Shown here piece by piece: positions 40,000 through 54,734 of a stretch of DNA of 64,000 nucleotides (the stretch's first letter is position 1; the number at the start of each line of letters is the position of its first letter). The stretch comes from Camelus ferus (Eukaryota): assembly GCF_009834535.1 (NCBI RefSeq), contig NC_045696.1, positions 51,214,001 through 51,278,000 on the forward strand, written 5' to 3'. The translations under genes and the position numbers were made by a program. Under the pieces are notes generated by a model. It was not told the DNA's origin. It saw only the letters and a list, made by a program, of their open reading frames with translations, and ran no database searches.

Positions 40000-40723
40000 T
40001 TTTATTATTATTATTTTTTTCGTCGTTCACCTTTTTTTTACTTTTTTTTATTGAGTGATTGTCATTTTACAATGTTGTGTCAAATTCTAGTGCAGAGCAC
40101 AATTTTTCAGTTATGCATGAACATATATATATTCATTGTCACATTTTTTTTCTGCTATGAGCTACCACAAGATCTTGTATATATTTCCCTGTGCTGTACA
40201 GTATAATCTTGTTTATCTATTCTGCATTTTAAAATCCCAGTCTGTCCCTTCCCACCCCCCCCCACCCCCTTGGCAACCACAAGTTTGTATTCTATGTCTG
40301 TGAGTCTGTTTCTGTTTTGTATTTATGTTTTTTTTTTTTTTTTTTAGATTCTTCATATGAGCGATCTCATATGGTATTTTTCTTTCTCTTTCTGGCTTCA
40401 CTTAGAATGACATTCTCCAGGAACGTCCATGTTGCCGCAGATGGCGTTACGTTGTCAGTTTTTATGGCTGAATAGTATTCCATCATATAAATACACCACA
40501 TCTTCTTTACTCAGTCATCTGCTGATGGACATTTAGGCTGTTTCCATGTCTTGGCTATTGTAAATAGTGCTGCTATGAACAATGGGGTGCAGGTGTCATT
40601 TTGAAGTAGGGTTCCTTCTGGATATATGCCCAGGAGCAGGATTCCTGGGTCATAGGGTAAGTCTATTCCTAGTCTTTTGAGGAATCTCCATGCTGTTTTC
40701 CACAGTGTCTTGCTTCGTGCCTC
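40000..40723 (-). mobile_element. Young 5'-truncated L1 with perfect 17-bp TSD
   Basis: GATGGCAGACTATTTTA at 39983-39999 and 40724-40740; poly(T) at left; TTTT/AA endonuclease-type site. Confidence 0.92.
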
Positions 40724-42644
40724 GATGGCAGACTATTTTAAACTGAACATCATTTTATTTAAAATGATAGTACTTGGATGTACCATAGTGAGCAGGCAGA
40801 ATGAAAAAATAAGAGGATCTCTCTCTTTTCTTTCTACCACCCATAGACTGTGATCTCTGGACTATTTGATGTAGAGATTCGCTCTAGACCCACATGTCCC
40901 TGAGAGGACTCACAAAGCAGAGCATCGGGAACTGCCTCATGGAGAGAGCTGAAGTAACTCCTAGCCCAGTCCCTTTGTGTGGAGTTTAACTGAAGCCCAG
41001 AGAGGGGAAGTTAGCCTAGGATCTGCTTTGACTGGCTGCTTCTTTTTTTAATGTTCTTATGCTACACTGGGCAGTATAGAACCCACGAAGATGGAAGGGT
41101 ACGCTTTTTAGGGATATTCCTGTACTTTCAGAAATAGGTTCTTGGCTTCCAGCTCCTGAACAAAATGCTAAGCATTGTGTTCTCATCTGTTAAACCGTAT
41201 TACTAACTTAGAACTTTGATATATAATGATTCACAGAATGAGCTACAGAACCTTATTTTTCTGGAGGGTTGTTGCTGATAGGCTTTTCTGAGCTTATTAA
41301 GTATTTGCCCAGTTTGGGGGAGGAGTTCAGAGTATCTGAGAGGATGCTGGGACTTCCCTGGCAAATGAAGATGAGTTGACACAATGTATCCACATCCACT
41401 AATACAAGGAAATTATGAGTGTGTTTTCCACCAGTATAATGTTTGTGTTGCTGTCAGGATTTACGTCTTCACCTGCCCTGCTCTATCATGTCGTGGATAG
41501 CCTGAGACATCTGCCCCAGGAGGTAGAGCCTTAAGTGGAAGCTGACAAACTGGCCTATGGCATGAGACACCTGGGCTAGGTCATGATAACACAAAAGTTA
41601 AATTCAATTTTCTATGGCTAGGATTAGAACTTGGTGTGACAAGGTTCCCTAAATAAAGTCACTTTTGCTGAGAATGGAAGCTGGTTCAGGCAGAGATTAT
41701 GGAGGGGCACTTCAGAGGAGTGAAATTGGAATCCACGATCTATGGCTGGCAAAACAAGGTGAATTCGAGGCAGTGCCACACAAAGAGGAAGCATCAGGTG
41801 GTGCTTATGAGTTAATAAAGGTGAGGACAAGTAGACCTTTGGGGAAACCCAGAGAAATAGCCATGGGATAGTCTTGCATGTCGGGGAAGCCGCCATGAGA
41901 CTAAACCAGGTAACTATGACCCAGTTACCCAAGTCAGGGTTTTGAACAAAACTCTCAAATTAAACTTGGTCTTCCAGGTGTAAAGAAAGCCCTCAATCTG
42001 AGTCAAAAAGACAGCAGATCACCAGTTTTTAGAAAATGGAAGATAAGTTGTATGTCCTTAGTTACTCAATTAAACTCCAAATTACCTGCCCAGTACATTT
42101 CCTTGCATACGTACCTAGTACATTTTTCATGTACCCTTAAAACACTGTCAGCATATGGTTTCAGTTTTATTCATGTCCACATCCTTCTCAAACTTATCTC
42201 ACTTTTCCTACCATTTTGCCTGGTCACTTTCAAATTGATATGTTTGAAATAGTATTTCTTTATTGGAAATAGTTAGCAACCTCCTACTGGGTTGAATGGT
42301 GTTCCTTTCCCCATTTAAAATGCCACCTGTTAGCTTAATATGTTCCAGCAATATTATTGGTAATGTTACTTGCATAGGAGGCTTTAAAGTACCATGACTT
42401 TCATAAATAAATAATTCCAGATGGAAATAGTTTATTTTATATCCTTACTTCCTTGAACAAATTTTCACACAAAAGGTATTACTGTTAATTTCTGGTAGTG
42501 ATACCACAAATTATATTTTTATGTCATGATATAGAACATTTTATCTAATAATGGAGTTTAAATGAAATAGAAGATATTGTACTGAAATACTTATATGAGT
42601 GTAATTTATTTCCTTCTTAAATGTGAACAAGAAACTTAAACTTT

Positions 42645-43505
42645 TGACGTTCCAGGACTCCTTAGAGAAATGGCTGCCTCTAGGGCTGGGGTGGGGAATG
42701 TACAATATGAGCCTGGAACATCTCGTCGTGCCAGAATAGAAAGAAGTGCTTGTGAAAGGAAAAAAGAGGCATGTCAGAAAGACATAGGAGTCAGCCTGAA
42801 AGAGCTTCTAATGGCCAAATTAAAAAAACTGTGAGCAGCAAAATGAATAGTGCTAGTACTAGATTATAACCTAAAGTATGAAATAACTATTCACAAGTCC
42901 ACACTGATCCAAATGATTAAATAAATACACAAATGGGGGAGAAAGCACGAGTCTGCCTTAAAGAGTTCCAAATGATAAATGTAGACACTCCCTCTTCCAG
43001 GAGGTAGAGTTTAACTCTCCCCTTGAGTATTGGCTGAACTTAGTGACTCATTTCTAACAAATAGAACATGGAAAGGGGGAAATAGTACCTTTGCAGTGGA
43101 GAGGCCTGCCAGACACTGCCTTAACCAAGTAATTAAGGTTAACATCGTCATAAATCATGTTGTTATGTGTACCCTCTGAGTTTGAGAAGAAGGGCACTTC
43201 ACCTTTGTGGTCTTCTTCCCCAAGATCCAAACCCCAGTCTAGTCATGAAAAAACCTCACATGAGCCCAAATTGAAGGACATTCCCTGTAATACCTGACCA
43301 GGACTTTTTTGATATGTAAGGCCACTGAGAAACAAGGAAAAAGTGAAGGACTGTCAATAGGTTGGAGAACACTAAGGAGGTAACAGCTAAATGCCACATG
43401 GTATTTGGGGCTGCATCCTCGTACAGAAAAAGACATTACTGGAAAAAATAGGAATAAAGCCTCATTTAGTTAATTGTACATCTAAAATTAATTTAAAAAA
43501 ATAAA
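42645..43505 (+). mobile_element. L1MC-like 3' UTR fragment
   Basis: ccaggactccttagagaaatggctg, agaagggcacttcacct, A-rich end. Confidence 0.7.
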
Positions 43506-44439
43506 AGAAAAAACATGGTTGCAAATTCAAAGTCCTATAAATAAAAACAGACCCTCAGATATTTTTAGTGTTTTCAATAGTCACTTATTCATTAAAAAAG
43601 TTATTTAACACTTACGGTGTGCCAAGCACATAATGTACTTAGGTGTTTGAAATCAACATGGTCCCTGCTCAGATGGAACTTAGAGTCTAGTGCAGGAGAG
43701 AGTCAATAAGCAGATCACTAAGCCAGTAAAAGTATAATTACAAGTCAGGATGAGCTCTGTGAAGGAGATGGGCAGGATCAACAGACCCACCTATACTTGT
43801 TTGCTCTCTCTGAGTATATGAATTATTTTTACAATGTACGTATATTACTTCTGTGTCAGAAAAAGCTATTTCTCAAGCCTAACTGGGAAGTTACCTCACA
43901 GAACCTTAGCAAATTACCTTGTTACAGTGATTCATTTCTATGCCAAAGGAGCCATTACTTGCAGTGAGAGCTTTTGCCTACACATAGTATTGTTGCAGGG
44001 AGAAGGTAAATCAATATCTACCTGAGATCCCTAAGTTCTTTGCACCTGCAGCAAAATAGGGAGACACAAACCATTTCACGGAGGAGAAAAAGCAATAGGT
44101 GGGGTGAAGGAAGGCAGAGCTAGAAGAGTTTTTCTGATTCGTAGACCACTGCCTTTTACTGTGAGACTGCCCTCCATGGCTTAATGTGGATAGACGCTTG
44201 ACACAGATAATTCTTAGAGCTTGAGTTCTGAAATATGAGGAGCTTTTGTCACAGTTTTATTCTGTACTGATGGGGCATAATCCTTGAAATAATCAATAAT
44301 TCCAGTCCTGAAACCACTGAAATTTCACATTGGATTGCTTTACTCTATTTCCTGTATTCTACCAGGCTCCTATTCCTAGCTGTCCTTTTTCTTTTCTTTT
44401 CTGTTCTTTTCTTCTAAGTTAAACTCCTCGCAGTATAAA

Positions 44440-44660
44440 ATAGAGGTTGTTTGTGTGCTCTGGAGCTGGAGTGAATTCAGGTTCCAAGTCAGTCACTTAC
44501 TTGCCTTGGAGCTTTGGCAGCTCTCTCAGTGCCTCAGTTTCCTCATCTATACGATGGAGATGAAGATGTTCGTTCCTCTTATCTCACAGGACTGCTGTGA
44601 GGATGAGATAAGTGAATACTTGCAGGGCACTTAGCACAATGCCTGACATATGATGAGCAT
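44440..44660 (+). mobile_element. MIR fragment
   Basis: ctctcagtgcctcagtttcctcatctat...gcacttagcacaatgcctgacata. Confidence 0.8.
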
Positions 44661-45078
44661 CACAGATGCATGGGCTATTTTATATAGTGTTTCCAGGGAA
44701 TATGAGGAGAGGTGAGCAGCTGTTGCTTCTTCACTCACTACCAAGAACTTTCAGCATCATTATCGGTCAGGTTCTTAGAAGAATGTCATATTCCACTGGG
44801 CTTTATTTAGCTTTGAAGGATACTTTCTGGAAGGATTTTTTTTTAATGTGTGTTACTGAGAATAGGTTGTGAATACAGTGATACTTGTCTTGGGGGAGTG
44901 AGCTTTAAGTCAAGTTTGAAATATTATTCAGGCTAGTAAGTTAGTGAGTGCAGAAGATATTAGAGCCATTCATGATTTTATATGTGAGCATTCAGAAATA
45001 GTACCTGCTAATTGCTGTGGTAGATACCACCCTGTGTGTCTCAGTATTGCCCTTGTCACTTTTGAAATACTCTTTTGA

Positions 45079-45169
45079 GTGCTTGCTTTGGCAGCATGTA
45101 TGCTAAAATTGGAATGATACAGAGAACATTAGCATGGCCCCTGCACATGGATGACGCACAAATTCCTGA
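45079..45169 (+). pseudogene. RNU6: U6 snRNA retropseudogene, 3'-truncated
   Basis: GTGCTTGCTTTGGCAGCATGTATGCTAAAATTGGAATGATACAGAGAACATTAGCATGGCCCCTGC matches the first ~91 nt of U6 with CpG decay; TSD-like gaaatactcttttga / gagatattcttttga. Confidence 0.92.
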
Positions 45170-45426
45170 GATATTCTTTTGAATGATGTATTATGGGAGT
45201 TTGATATGATTCAAGTTAAATATTTCTATATCTTTTGGGTTTTGATGACTGACATATTGATCATATACATATACATATTAATTGCTATACATCATTATGT
45301 ATAGTTATATAGAGTACACATGTATGTAATACCAACCATAGTTTTAATAGTCCTCTAATGTGCTGATCATTGTACTCACATTTAAAAACCATTTTGTGCT
45401 CCCAAACAAATAAAACAAAACCTTGA

Positions 45427-45639
<213 letters not shown>

Positions 45640-45929
45640 TAACGATAAATTTGGGAGAATTTTATTATCCTTAGTGGGTTGAGCGTGTATAAATTGATTT
45701 ATGTTGTCGGGAAAAATTAGACGGGCTTTGATCTTATTTTGGTGATGTATAAACTAGTATTTAGATATTTTGGCTAAATGCACATATAAATAGTATAATT
45801 GTTCAATCACTCAGATCCTACCTACAATTAAGTTCAGACACTTTGAGAACTAAAATTCCCTTTATTTATTAACTTAGCAGTTCACTTGGGTTGAACCCTG
45901 TTTAAAAGGGTTCCACTGTGTAACAATTA

Positions 45930-46520
45930 GATTCTAGTAGAGTATAAATTGGTACGATTACTTTGTGAAATGGTTTAGCAGTATCTACTAAAGCTGACTC
46001 AGCAAGTCTTTCATTAGGTATATGTATCCTTCAGGTACACATGTACTCTGAATGACATGTATTGCAGTGTTCATAGCAGCATTATTTATAATGGCCCCCA
46101 AACTCAAAACAGCCCAAATATCCACCAGTAATAGAATGGATGAACAAATTGTGTATGTTTACATGGAAGAATTCTATATAGCAATGAAAAAATGCAAACT
46201 GCTACTACTTATAACAGTTTGAGTAAATCTTACAGATATACTGCTGTTATTAAGCAAAAGAAGCAAGACACAAGAGTACATACCATCATTTCTTTGTACA
46301 AAGTTCAAAGACAAGCAAAACTAATTTATGGAAATAAAATCAGCACAGTAGTTAACTGCTGTGGGAATCTGGGTGGGTGAAGACTGGGAAGGAGCTTTTG
46401 GGATACTGGTAAAGTTCCCTAAGTTGATCTGAGTAGTGGTACACGTGTGTGTTTTCTCTGTGCAATTTCATGGAGATTTGAGATTGCAATGTCTATGGTC
46501 TACCTTAATGAAACTACCAA
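45930..46520 (+). mobile_element. L1ME-like 3' fragment
   Basis: gttcatagcagcattatttataatggcccc...agaatggatgaacaaattgtg. Confidence 0.7.
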
Positions 46521-47099
46521 AAATGTTCCAGTTAGGAAATCAGTTATAAAAGAGATTTCACTGATTAAATGTTCAGAGTTCTGTTTTGGTTAACATCTCA
46601 AATAAACTTGTCATTAATTGGAAATTGAATTTATCCTAAATATTTCAAGGTATTTTATAAACTTTGGGAGCACATGATTTAGCTTGCTCTATAAAATTAA
46701 TTTGACAACTGCACTAGCAGAGATCCGTATGAGCTGAGTTGTTTGACATAGTCAAAGAGAAGGTTGTTCTAGGATCAATTTAAATGTAGTTTATAATCTA
46801 GCCATTTTATTAGCCACTAGATATTATTCCTTTATTTGAAAGGTTTATGTAACCATAGCTACATATTCATAGATTACATCATTGATAGGGATTCTAGATA
46901 CAAAAAAATTTTTTCCTTACTTTCATAGTAGAGTAGCAAAACAATTTCTAATTGGTATCTATTGAGTCTTGTGATTATATTAAGAATGCCATGTTTTCAG
47001 AAGTCATTAATTTTTGCTGTTCTTCCAATTTTAAAAATGTGGAATACCTGAGGGCTATAAATCTTTCTTTTCACTCAGTAGCTTATACTTAACTTATTT

Positions 47100-47300
47100 A
47101 AAAATGTTTTATTGAAGTATAATTCATTTATAATGTATTAGTTTCAGGGGTACAGCAAAGTGATTCAGTTATACATATGTATATGTATATATTCTTTTTC
47201 AGTTTCTTTTCCATTATAGGTTATTACAAGATATTGAATATAGTTCCCTGTGCTATATAGTAGGTCCTTGTTATTTATCTATTTTATATGTAGTAGTATA
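47100..47300 (-). mobile_element. Short artiodactyl-type L1 3' end
   Basis: ttattgaagtata...gtacagcaaagtgattcagttatacat...ttccctgtgctatatagtaggtccttg. Confidence 0.8.
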
Positions 47301-48072
47301 CCTATAACTTGTTATATCTGTTCTGAATCTATTTGGTATTTTCTTGCTATTCATGTCTACCTGAAGAACTTGGTATTTGAAGCGTTTGATACATTATTTC
47401 TCTTAATTTTCTAAGATGATGACTGTTGATATTGCACTGCCATTTTTATGGCTGAAAAGCCCTCAAGGAACTAGTATGTTATTCCACGATGATACTAAAT
47501 GAAGTTTGTTTTTTGAATCACAGCTGCATTTGGTGTCTGATAGCATATCCAGCTTCAATTTGAATAGCTTTATTTGCTATCTGATGTTATAAATGGCTTT
47601 GGCTAATCCCAAGTATAAACACTCCCAGACAAGTTGCTGTTAGACCTAGAATTAGTCAGAGGATTTGCCCCAAAAGAGATAATCTGTTTATGACTGCACA
47701 GCATTATGCTATCTTCTGAACCTGTTACCTGGTTATCAAAGTTTTATTTCTTGAGAACGGGTTTCAAAGTCTTCCTTTAAAAAATACTAAGAATTTAATG
47801 AAAAAAATTTAGTATAGTCAGTTATTTGTGGATTTAACCTACTTGCAGCACTAACATGGCTATTACTGGATTTTTTTTTTTTTTAGTTAGAGAGCTTTTA
47901 AATTGATATTCTTTTAAATCTTTGCTTACAGTTGCTTGACACTACTTTTGTCATTCAAAGCTCAATTTTAAGTCTTTTTATTCAACTTTTTATTTTTGAA
48001 AAAATATGAATCTTGAGTAAAGTTGCATAAATAGTATAATAAAATCTATACCTATTACCTAGATTCACCAGT

Positions 48073-48780
48073 CTTTTTTTATTGCAATAAAATGTACATA
48101 ACATAAAATTTACTATTTAACCATTTTTAAGCATACATTCACATTGTTGTGCAGCCATCACCATCACCCATCCCTAGAACTCTTCCATCTTCCCATACTG
48201 AAACTGTGTACCTATTAAACAGTGACTCTCCATTCCCCCTCTCTGCATCTCCCGATGACCGTTCTACTTTCTGTCTCTACGAATTTGACTACTTTAGGTA
48301 CCCTCATGTAAGTGGAATCTTACAATGTTTCTGTCTTTGTGACTGGCTTATTTCACTTAGCATAGTGTCTTCAGGGTTTATCCATGTAGTAGTATGTGTC
48401 AGAATTTCATTCCTTGTTAAGGCTGAATATTATACCATTGTATGTCTGTGCCACATCTTGTATACTTACTCATATATCAGTGGAGTTTTGAGTTGTTTCC
48501 ACTTTTTAGTTATTGTGAGTCATGCTGCTGTGAACACTGATATACAGGTATCTGAGTCCCTGCTTTCAGTTCCTTTGGGAATATACCTGGAAGTAGAATT
48601 GGCTCATAAGGTAGTTCTATGTTTAATTTTTTGAAGAACAGCCATACTGTTTTCCACAATGGCTGCATCATTTTACATTCCCACCAGTAATGCATAAAGG
48701 TTCCAGTTTCTCCCCATCCTAGCCAACACTCTTAGTTTCAGTTTTTTTGTGATAATAATTATCCTAATGGGTGTGAAGAT
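48073..48780 (-). mobile_element. L1MA/MB-like 3' region, antisense
   Basis: cataacataaaatttactatttaacc, gactggcttatttcacttagcatagtg, cattttacattcccaccag. Confidence 0.85.
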
Positions 48781-48859
48781 TCACCAATTTTAAAACTTAA
48801 TTACATGAGAGGATTCTTAAATTACTTGTTCTGCAGATCTTGCTTTTTTCTCTTTTCTT

Positions 48860-49040
48860 TCTTTTTATTGAAGTATAGTTGATTTACAATGTTGTGTTAG
48901 TTTCTGGTGTACAGTATAGTGATTCAGTTATATATATAATTCTTTTTCATATTCTTTTTCTTTATAGGCTATTACAAGTTATTGAATATGGTTCCCCTGT
49001 GCTATGCAGTAGGACCTTGTTGTTTATTTATTCTGTATGC
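48860..49040 (-). mobile_element. Short artiodactyl-type L1 3' end
   Basis: ttattgaagtatagttgatttacaatgttgtgttagtttctggtgtacag. Confidence 0.8.
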
Positions 49041-50510
49041 AATTCTTGCTTTTAATTACTTCAACTCATTATATCAAAATGGCGCATATGTCTTTTTGTA
49101 TACTGTTGCCATTTTTCCTTATAATTTCTTCCCCAGTTTTTTGTATCATGATGAGCTTTACCTAGGTATTGGGGGCTTGACTAGTCCAAAATTTTGTTAG
49201 ATGATGTTCTGGCACATGATATTCCATAGGATTGTTGGTAACATTGGTGAAAATACAAGTGGAAGAGACACTTTTATCTTTGTTGATAGTTGCTTTGTTG
49301 AATGGTGTGCAGTTTCAGTGGCAGAATTCAATGACATCTTTAAATTCTGTTGCTGATTAACAATGGATTGTTTGTATAGTTTTTCTAAAACAGGCTGACA
49401 TATGACCAAAGTGATCTTTTGAAAAGCGTTTTAGAATTAATTTTGTGTCTTCTTTGTTGCACACCTAAAATAAATCATTTTTACAGCAATTTCTCTATCA
49501 TAGATTCCATGGTTTGTGATGTTGTCTTTTTAATTTATTTGAAGAATTTTTCTAGATATGCACAACTCAACTTCAAGATCTCTTATTAAATCCCTAGACC
49601 TAGCTGTATCAGAGAGGTTGAGTAAAATTGGATATATCATAAAGTGTTGCTTCATTCCTTTGGTAATGGGCAGTGAATTAGATAAAGGCTTCTTTGTTTT
49701 AGGATTTGATGACTAGCAGCCAAACATACTAATTGCCTAAGTCCATTGTGCTGACAGCATTAGGCAATTGAGTCAGATCTTTGAGTAGAGTTCATGATGC
49801 TGTTACTGATGTTTTCCTAGCTTGTTAAGTGACCTTTGCTGTCTGGTGCTATGTCCTAAAGATATATTTCTGTTCAAAGTATGTTTTTACTCACTGTGTT
49901 GTAGCTAAACAAAAGAAAATTTTGACCAAGATCTTGCTGTAAGTACAGAGAGATTATTCTATAGTTTTCTTAATATAGAAAAGGTTATATAGTTTATTTC
50001 TACTACAGCGCCCCCCCCCCCTTGATTAAAGATCTTGGCAGATAAGCCATTAACATTATGTGATTTCTCATTGACATGATTTCTCCACAAGTTGGGATCA
50101 GCTCATATTGCTGTATAAAGACAAATGTCTTTCAGGGTTTTGTCCTCAGCACTGGAAATGTTGAAGCGTTCTGTGTCTGTTAGATAAGGCCAGCACCATT
50201 ACTTCTCTTCACAGGTACAGGGAACTTTACAAAGAAGCCTACGGGTGAAACGACTTTTAATTTTATCTTCTAGAGAAAAGGAAAAAAAGTGTATTAACAG
50301 ACAACAGTTCAGAAGTAAATGAATCAGAGATGGGGTATATGTCACATAAAAGAAGAGTACCTAACGTGTAATTTTAAACTAATAACACACTTACAGGGAA
50401 GTTAGGACTGCTCAAGAATAAAAATTTAAAAAATTCAAAGCTTCTTCTTTGATTCCATTATAAGCCATACCCTTCAAATTTCTAGAACTAACTCTTTATA
50501 TTTGCTGTGA

Positions 50511-50759
<249 letters not shown>

Positions 50760-52029
50760 TAAAAGAGATTTAAGAAGTATATCAGCTAAATCAACCCAAT
50801 CCTGATTAAAACAAAGCAACTGTAAAAATGTATTTCTGAGATTTAAGGAATTGTTCATTTTTATGTGCAATAATGGTATTGTAGCTATATTTTAAAGAAA
50901 AGACTATTTATCTTTTAAAGGGATATACTGAAGAATTTATAAAGAGATATCCTGACATATTTATGGGTGAACTTATATTGATGTCCAGGATCTCTTTTAA
51001 AAGTAATCTGACAAGACAGAGGATGGTGGTGGAGGGAGGGCTTGGGGGAGGGGTGCAGATGAAGCAGGACTGGGTAGGAGTTGATGCTGTGGAAGCTGGT
51101 TGATGAGCTTAGGAGGGTTCATCATACTTCATTCCTACTCTTGTATACGTTTGAAATTTTTCATAATAAATGGTCTAAAAAAAGACACTACTAGAATCTG
51201 ATTTACAGGATCATGTCAAAGATTAGGGCCAAATAACTAGATGACTGCTCTGACATAAGAGGAGGAGGCTGTAAGTTATTTAATGTCCTGTCTACTCTGT
51301 GGCCAGAGTGGCTCTGTCATACTGTGGGGTTTGTGTTTGGCCAGCTTGGGTTGAAGTATAGTGTATCTGTTCTGCAAAGTTAGAAAATATCTTTTAACAT
51401 CTGAATTAGTTGTGCTACCGTAGTTTTTGCCTGTTAGTGTTAAAAAGGACTTAAAATTTTTTCTTCAGAAGATTTTCAAACATTTAAGAAAAGTTTGGTA
51501 TTTTGGTACTTGGAGAGTCTTTGATAACCTCAGAAGATAAGTAGAACAGGTAAGGCTAAAATGAGAAAGGTTTGACCAGCAACCACTTCACATCCTGATT
51601 GGGGAAAACAATGTTTTATTTGGTTATCTCCTCCCTTCACTTTTTTGGTGAAGGGTGGTTTTGTTAAACTTTGATTAATTTTTGGGTGGAGTCTTTGCTT
51701 TTGTTTAATTGAATTTTGAATTGTTCCTCTACCAGGAACATTTAAAATTCTTTATAAACTAATACTACCCATAAGCGATGATATAGTTCCTTTCTCCTCA
51801 TGCCTCAAACAAAGAAAAAAAATAGGTATACAGTGAAATAATAAAGAGGTGGCAAATCCTATTTCTGTAGGTCCCTTCTTCATTCATAGAGCGCACAGCT
51901 AACTTGCAGCTCTTCTGGCTTTGCACATGGGCTTCTCATGTCTTTTGTAATTTGTGAGAAGGAATGCTAGTCTATATGTTCTAAATTGGCAAGGAATTTG
52001 AAGTATGAAGCACGTACATGCAAGAATAA

Positions 52030-52191
<162 letters not shown>

Positions 52192-52209
52192 TGAGCTGCT
52201 GTAAATGAG

Positions 52210-52530
52210 TGTTTTAGTCAGGATAGGCTAGATAATGCCCCAGTAACATATTAATCCTGAAACCTTAGCAGTAGCTTTACACAACAAAGCATTATTTCTT
52301 GCTCAGATTACATGTCCAGCTGTGGTCAGCAGAGGGATGGGGATCCTCACTTGAGGTCCCAGGCTGAAGAAGGCTTTATATCCTGGAGCTGCATGATTGG
52401 GAATATGTGTCATTTCGGTTGCCACAGGAAGAGAGAGCTGTAGACTTGTGCTCAGAGTCCAGTGGCCAGAACTGTTCACAGGACCCTGTTTAATGGCAGA
52501 GGGGCTGGGATACTTGAGCATGTGGTGAGA
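52210..52530. mobile_element. Old MLT1-like LTR fragment
   Basis: tagtcaggataggctag...cagtaaca...acaacaaagcattatttcttgctca. Confidence 0.55.
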
Positions 52531-52835
52531 GGTAAACGACTCTGCTGCGCTGGGGAATCAGAAACGTGGGTGCGTTGAAGACAGTGCTGGGCCATCGCAC
52601 ACGTGGCCTCGTCTCAGCTGGTATAGTTACTTTCAACTAATGTGTGACCACTGGAGGCTTTTTATACAGGGCATGTAAAAAATTTAAAACTTATTTTGAG
52701 CCTTTATTGCTATTTAAGTAAAGAAAATTCAGAGTGTGAGAAAGGAAAGAAATAAAATACCAAGTTTTTAGAAGGAAAATCTGATGAAATTATTAGCAGT
52801 GCCCAGTAATTTTTTAAAGAAGTCATTATCAATGA

Positions 52836-53105
<270 letters not shown>

Positions 53106-53254
53106 TGAGATGGCATTTATTAACAGAATGGATTAACTTTTCATTTGGATTCATAGCAGGAAGTGATCGATGATGTTGGAATAACCACTGAAGTGGTTCC
53201 AACTACCCCACTTGGAATTTCAAAACTTCTAGTTTTCATTGGTCTACCAAACAC

Positions 53255-53420
53255 TTAAATAATGCTTATATGCCAGACGTTGTTCTGTGTGCTTTATAAA
53301 TATCAACTCATTACAACTCTGTGAGATGTAACCACTTTCCCCCCATTTTACTGAAGAAGAAGTATTGAAACACAGAGAGAGAAGTTAAGTGAATTGTCTA
53401 AGATCACACAGTTAGGAGCT
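53255..53420 (-). mobile_element. MIR fragment
   Basis: caactctgtgagatg...ccccattttac...gaagttaagtgaattgtctaagatcacacag. Confidence 0.7.
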
Positions 53421-54282
53421 GTCACACTCTTCCCTCTGCAAGGGGCCAAGGAAGCTGATTGTAATGAGGGACTGCGTAACATGATCACAGATATGCACTT
53501 GTGCTCACTAAGGTCCGAGAGTCCTTGGACCCACACCTCCCTTACCAACACTGCTCTCCTGGATTAATGCAGGCCCACTTAGCAGTGGTACCATGTGCAT
53601 GTGTGGATTTGGTGGAGGTAGGGCACTAGACGCGGGGAAGCGATTTAGTTCTGCTTGGATATTCCTTAAAATATACATGAGGGAAAAATATATATATGCA
53701 TACATGAGCATAATTAATTCTAGTTAAAGAAAAGCTGGTTGGCCAGTCAACTCAGGGTAATTTAAGGCTTCATCATCCAGTTTGTTGATTATTTTCTGTG
53801 TTTTTTTGGTTTTTTTTTTGCCTCTTTGACTATTTCATTATTAAACTCCTAATCAGGAGCAAACAAAATGAAATTGAAAAATGAGTTTGGCCACTGGATA
53901 ATGAGCTTCTGATAAAAAATCTGGTGGAGGAGAAGGTTGAAACAGATGACAAAAATGAGGTTTTTTGGTTGTTTGCAGATTTTCTTTACTAATGCTTCCT
54001 TTTTTGAAAACCCTCATTGTAAATTAGAACTATTGTATGCTTTGAGTTTGACAATCAAGTACTATAATCTATCTTGGAAATCTTTCTAATGCTCCAGTAT
54101 AAGTGGGTAGCCTGTTGGTTCCATAGCTGAAATTGTTACATTAATATTTAGTAAGGCACACGGTGAATTTGCTCTGATAATTCCATCATTTGTTAAATAA
54201 TACAGTTCATTCTTTCTAGAATAATGAAGCTTCATTATGGGATCACTGTACACTCCAAAACTTTTCATTAAGAGTAAGGTTT

Positions 54283-54371
54283 GCAGGGGTGGGTATAGCT
54301 CAGGTAGAGCACACGCTTGGTATACCCAAGGTCCTGGGTTCAATCCCCAGTACCTCCATTAAAAAAAAAAA
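54283..54371 (+). mobile_element. Vic-1-like SINE
   Basis: ggtatagctcaggtagag...ggttcaatccccagtacctccatt + poly(A); TSD AAGAGTAAGGTTT (54270-54282 / 54372-54384). Confidence 0.9.
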
Positions 54372-54515
54372 AAGAGTAAGGTTTCAATCTAGGCATTAAG
54401 AAACTAAGTAATAGTTAAAGAAAGTTACCAAGACTTAAGAAAAAAAAAAGCTGAAAACAAAACAACCACCAACGCCCCTGTGTCTGATGGTTGAGATGGT
54501 TTCTCCACTGCTTAA

Positions 54516-54734
<219 letters not shown>

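Noticed and set aside
49731..49769. Inverted repeat aattgcctaa...ttaggcaatt
   Set aside because: Only a 10-bp stem; too short for a pre-miRNA and plausible by chance in 64 kb.
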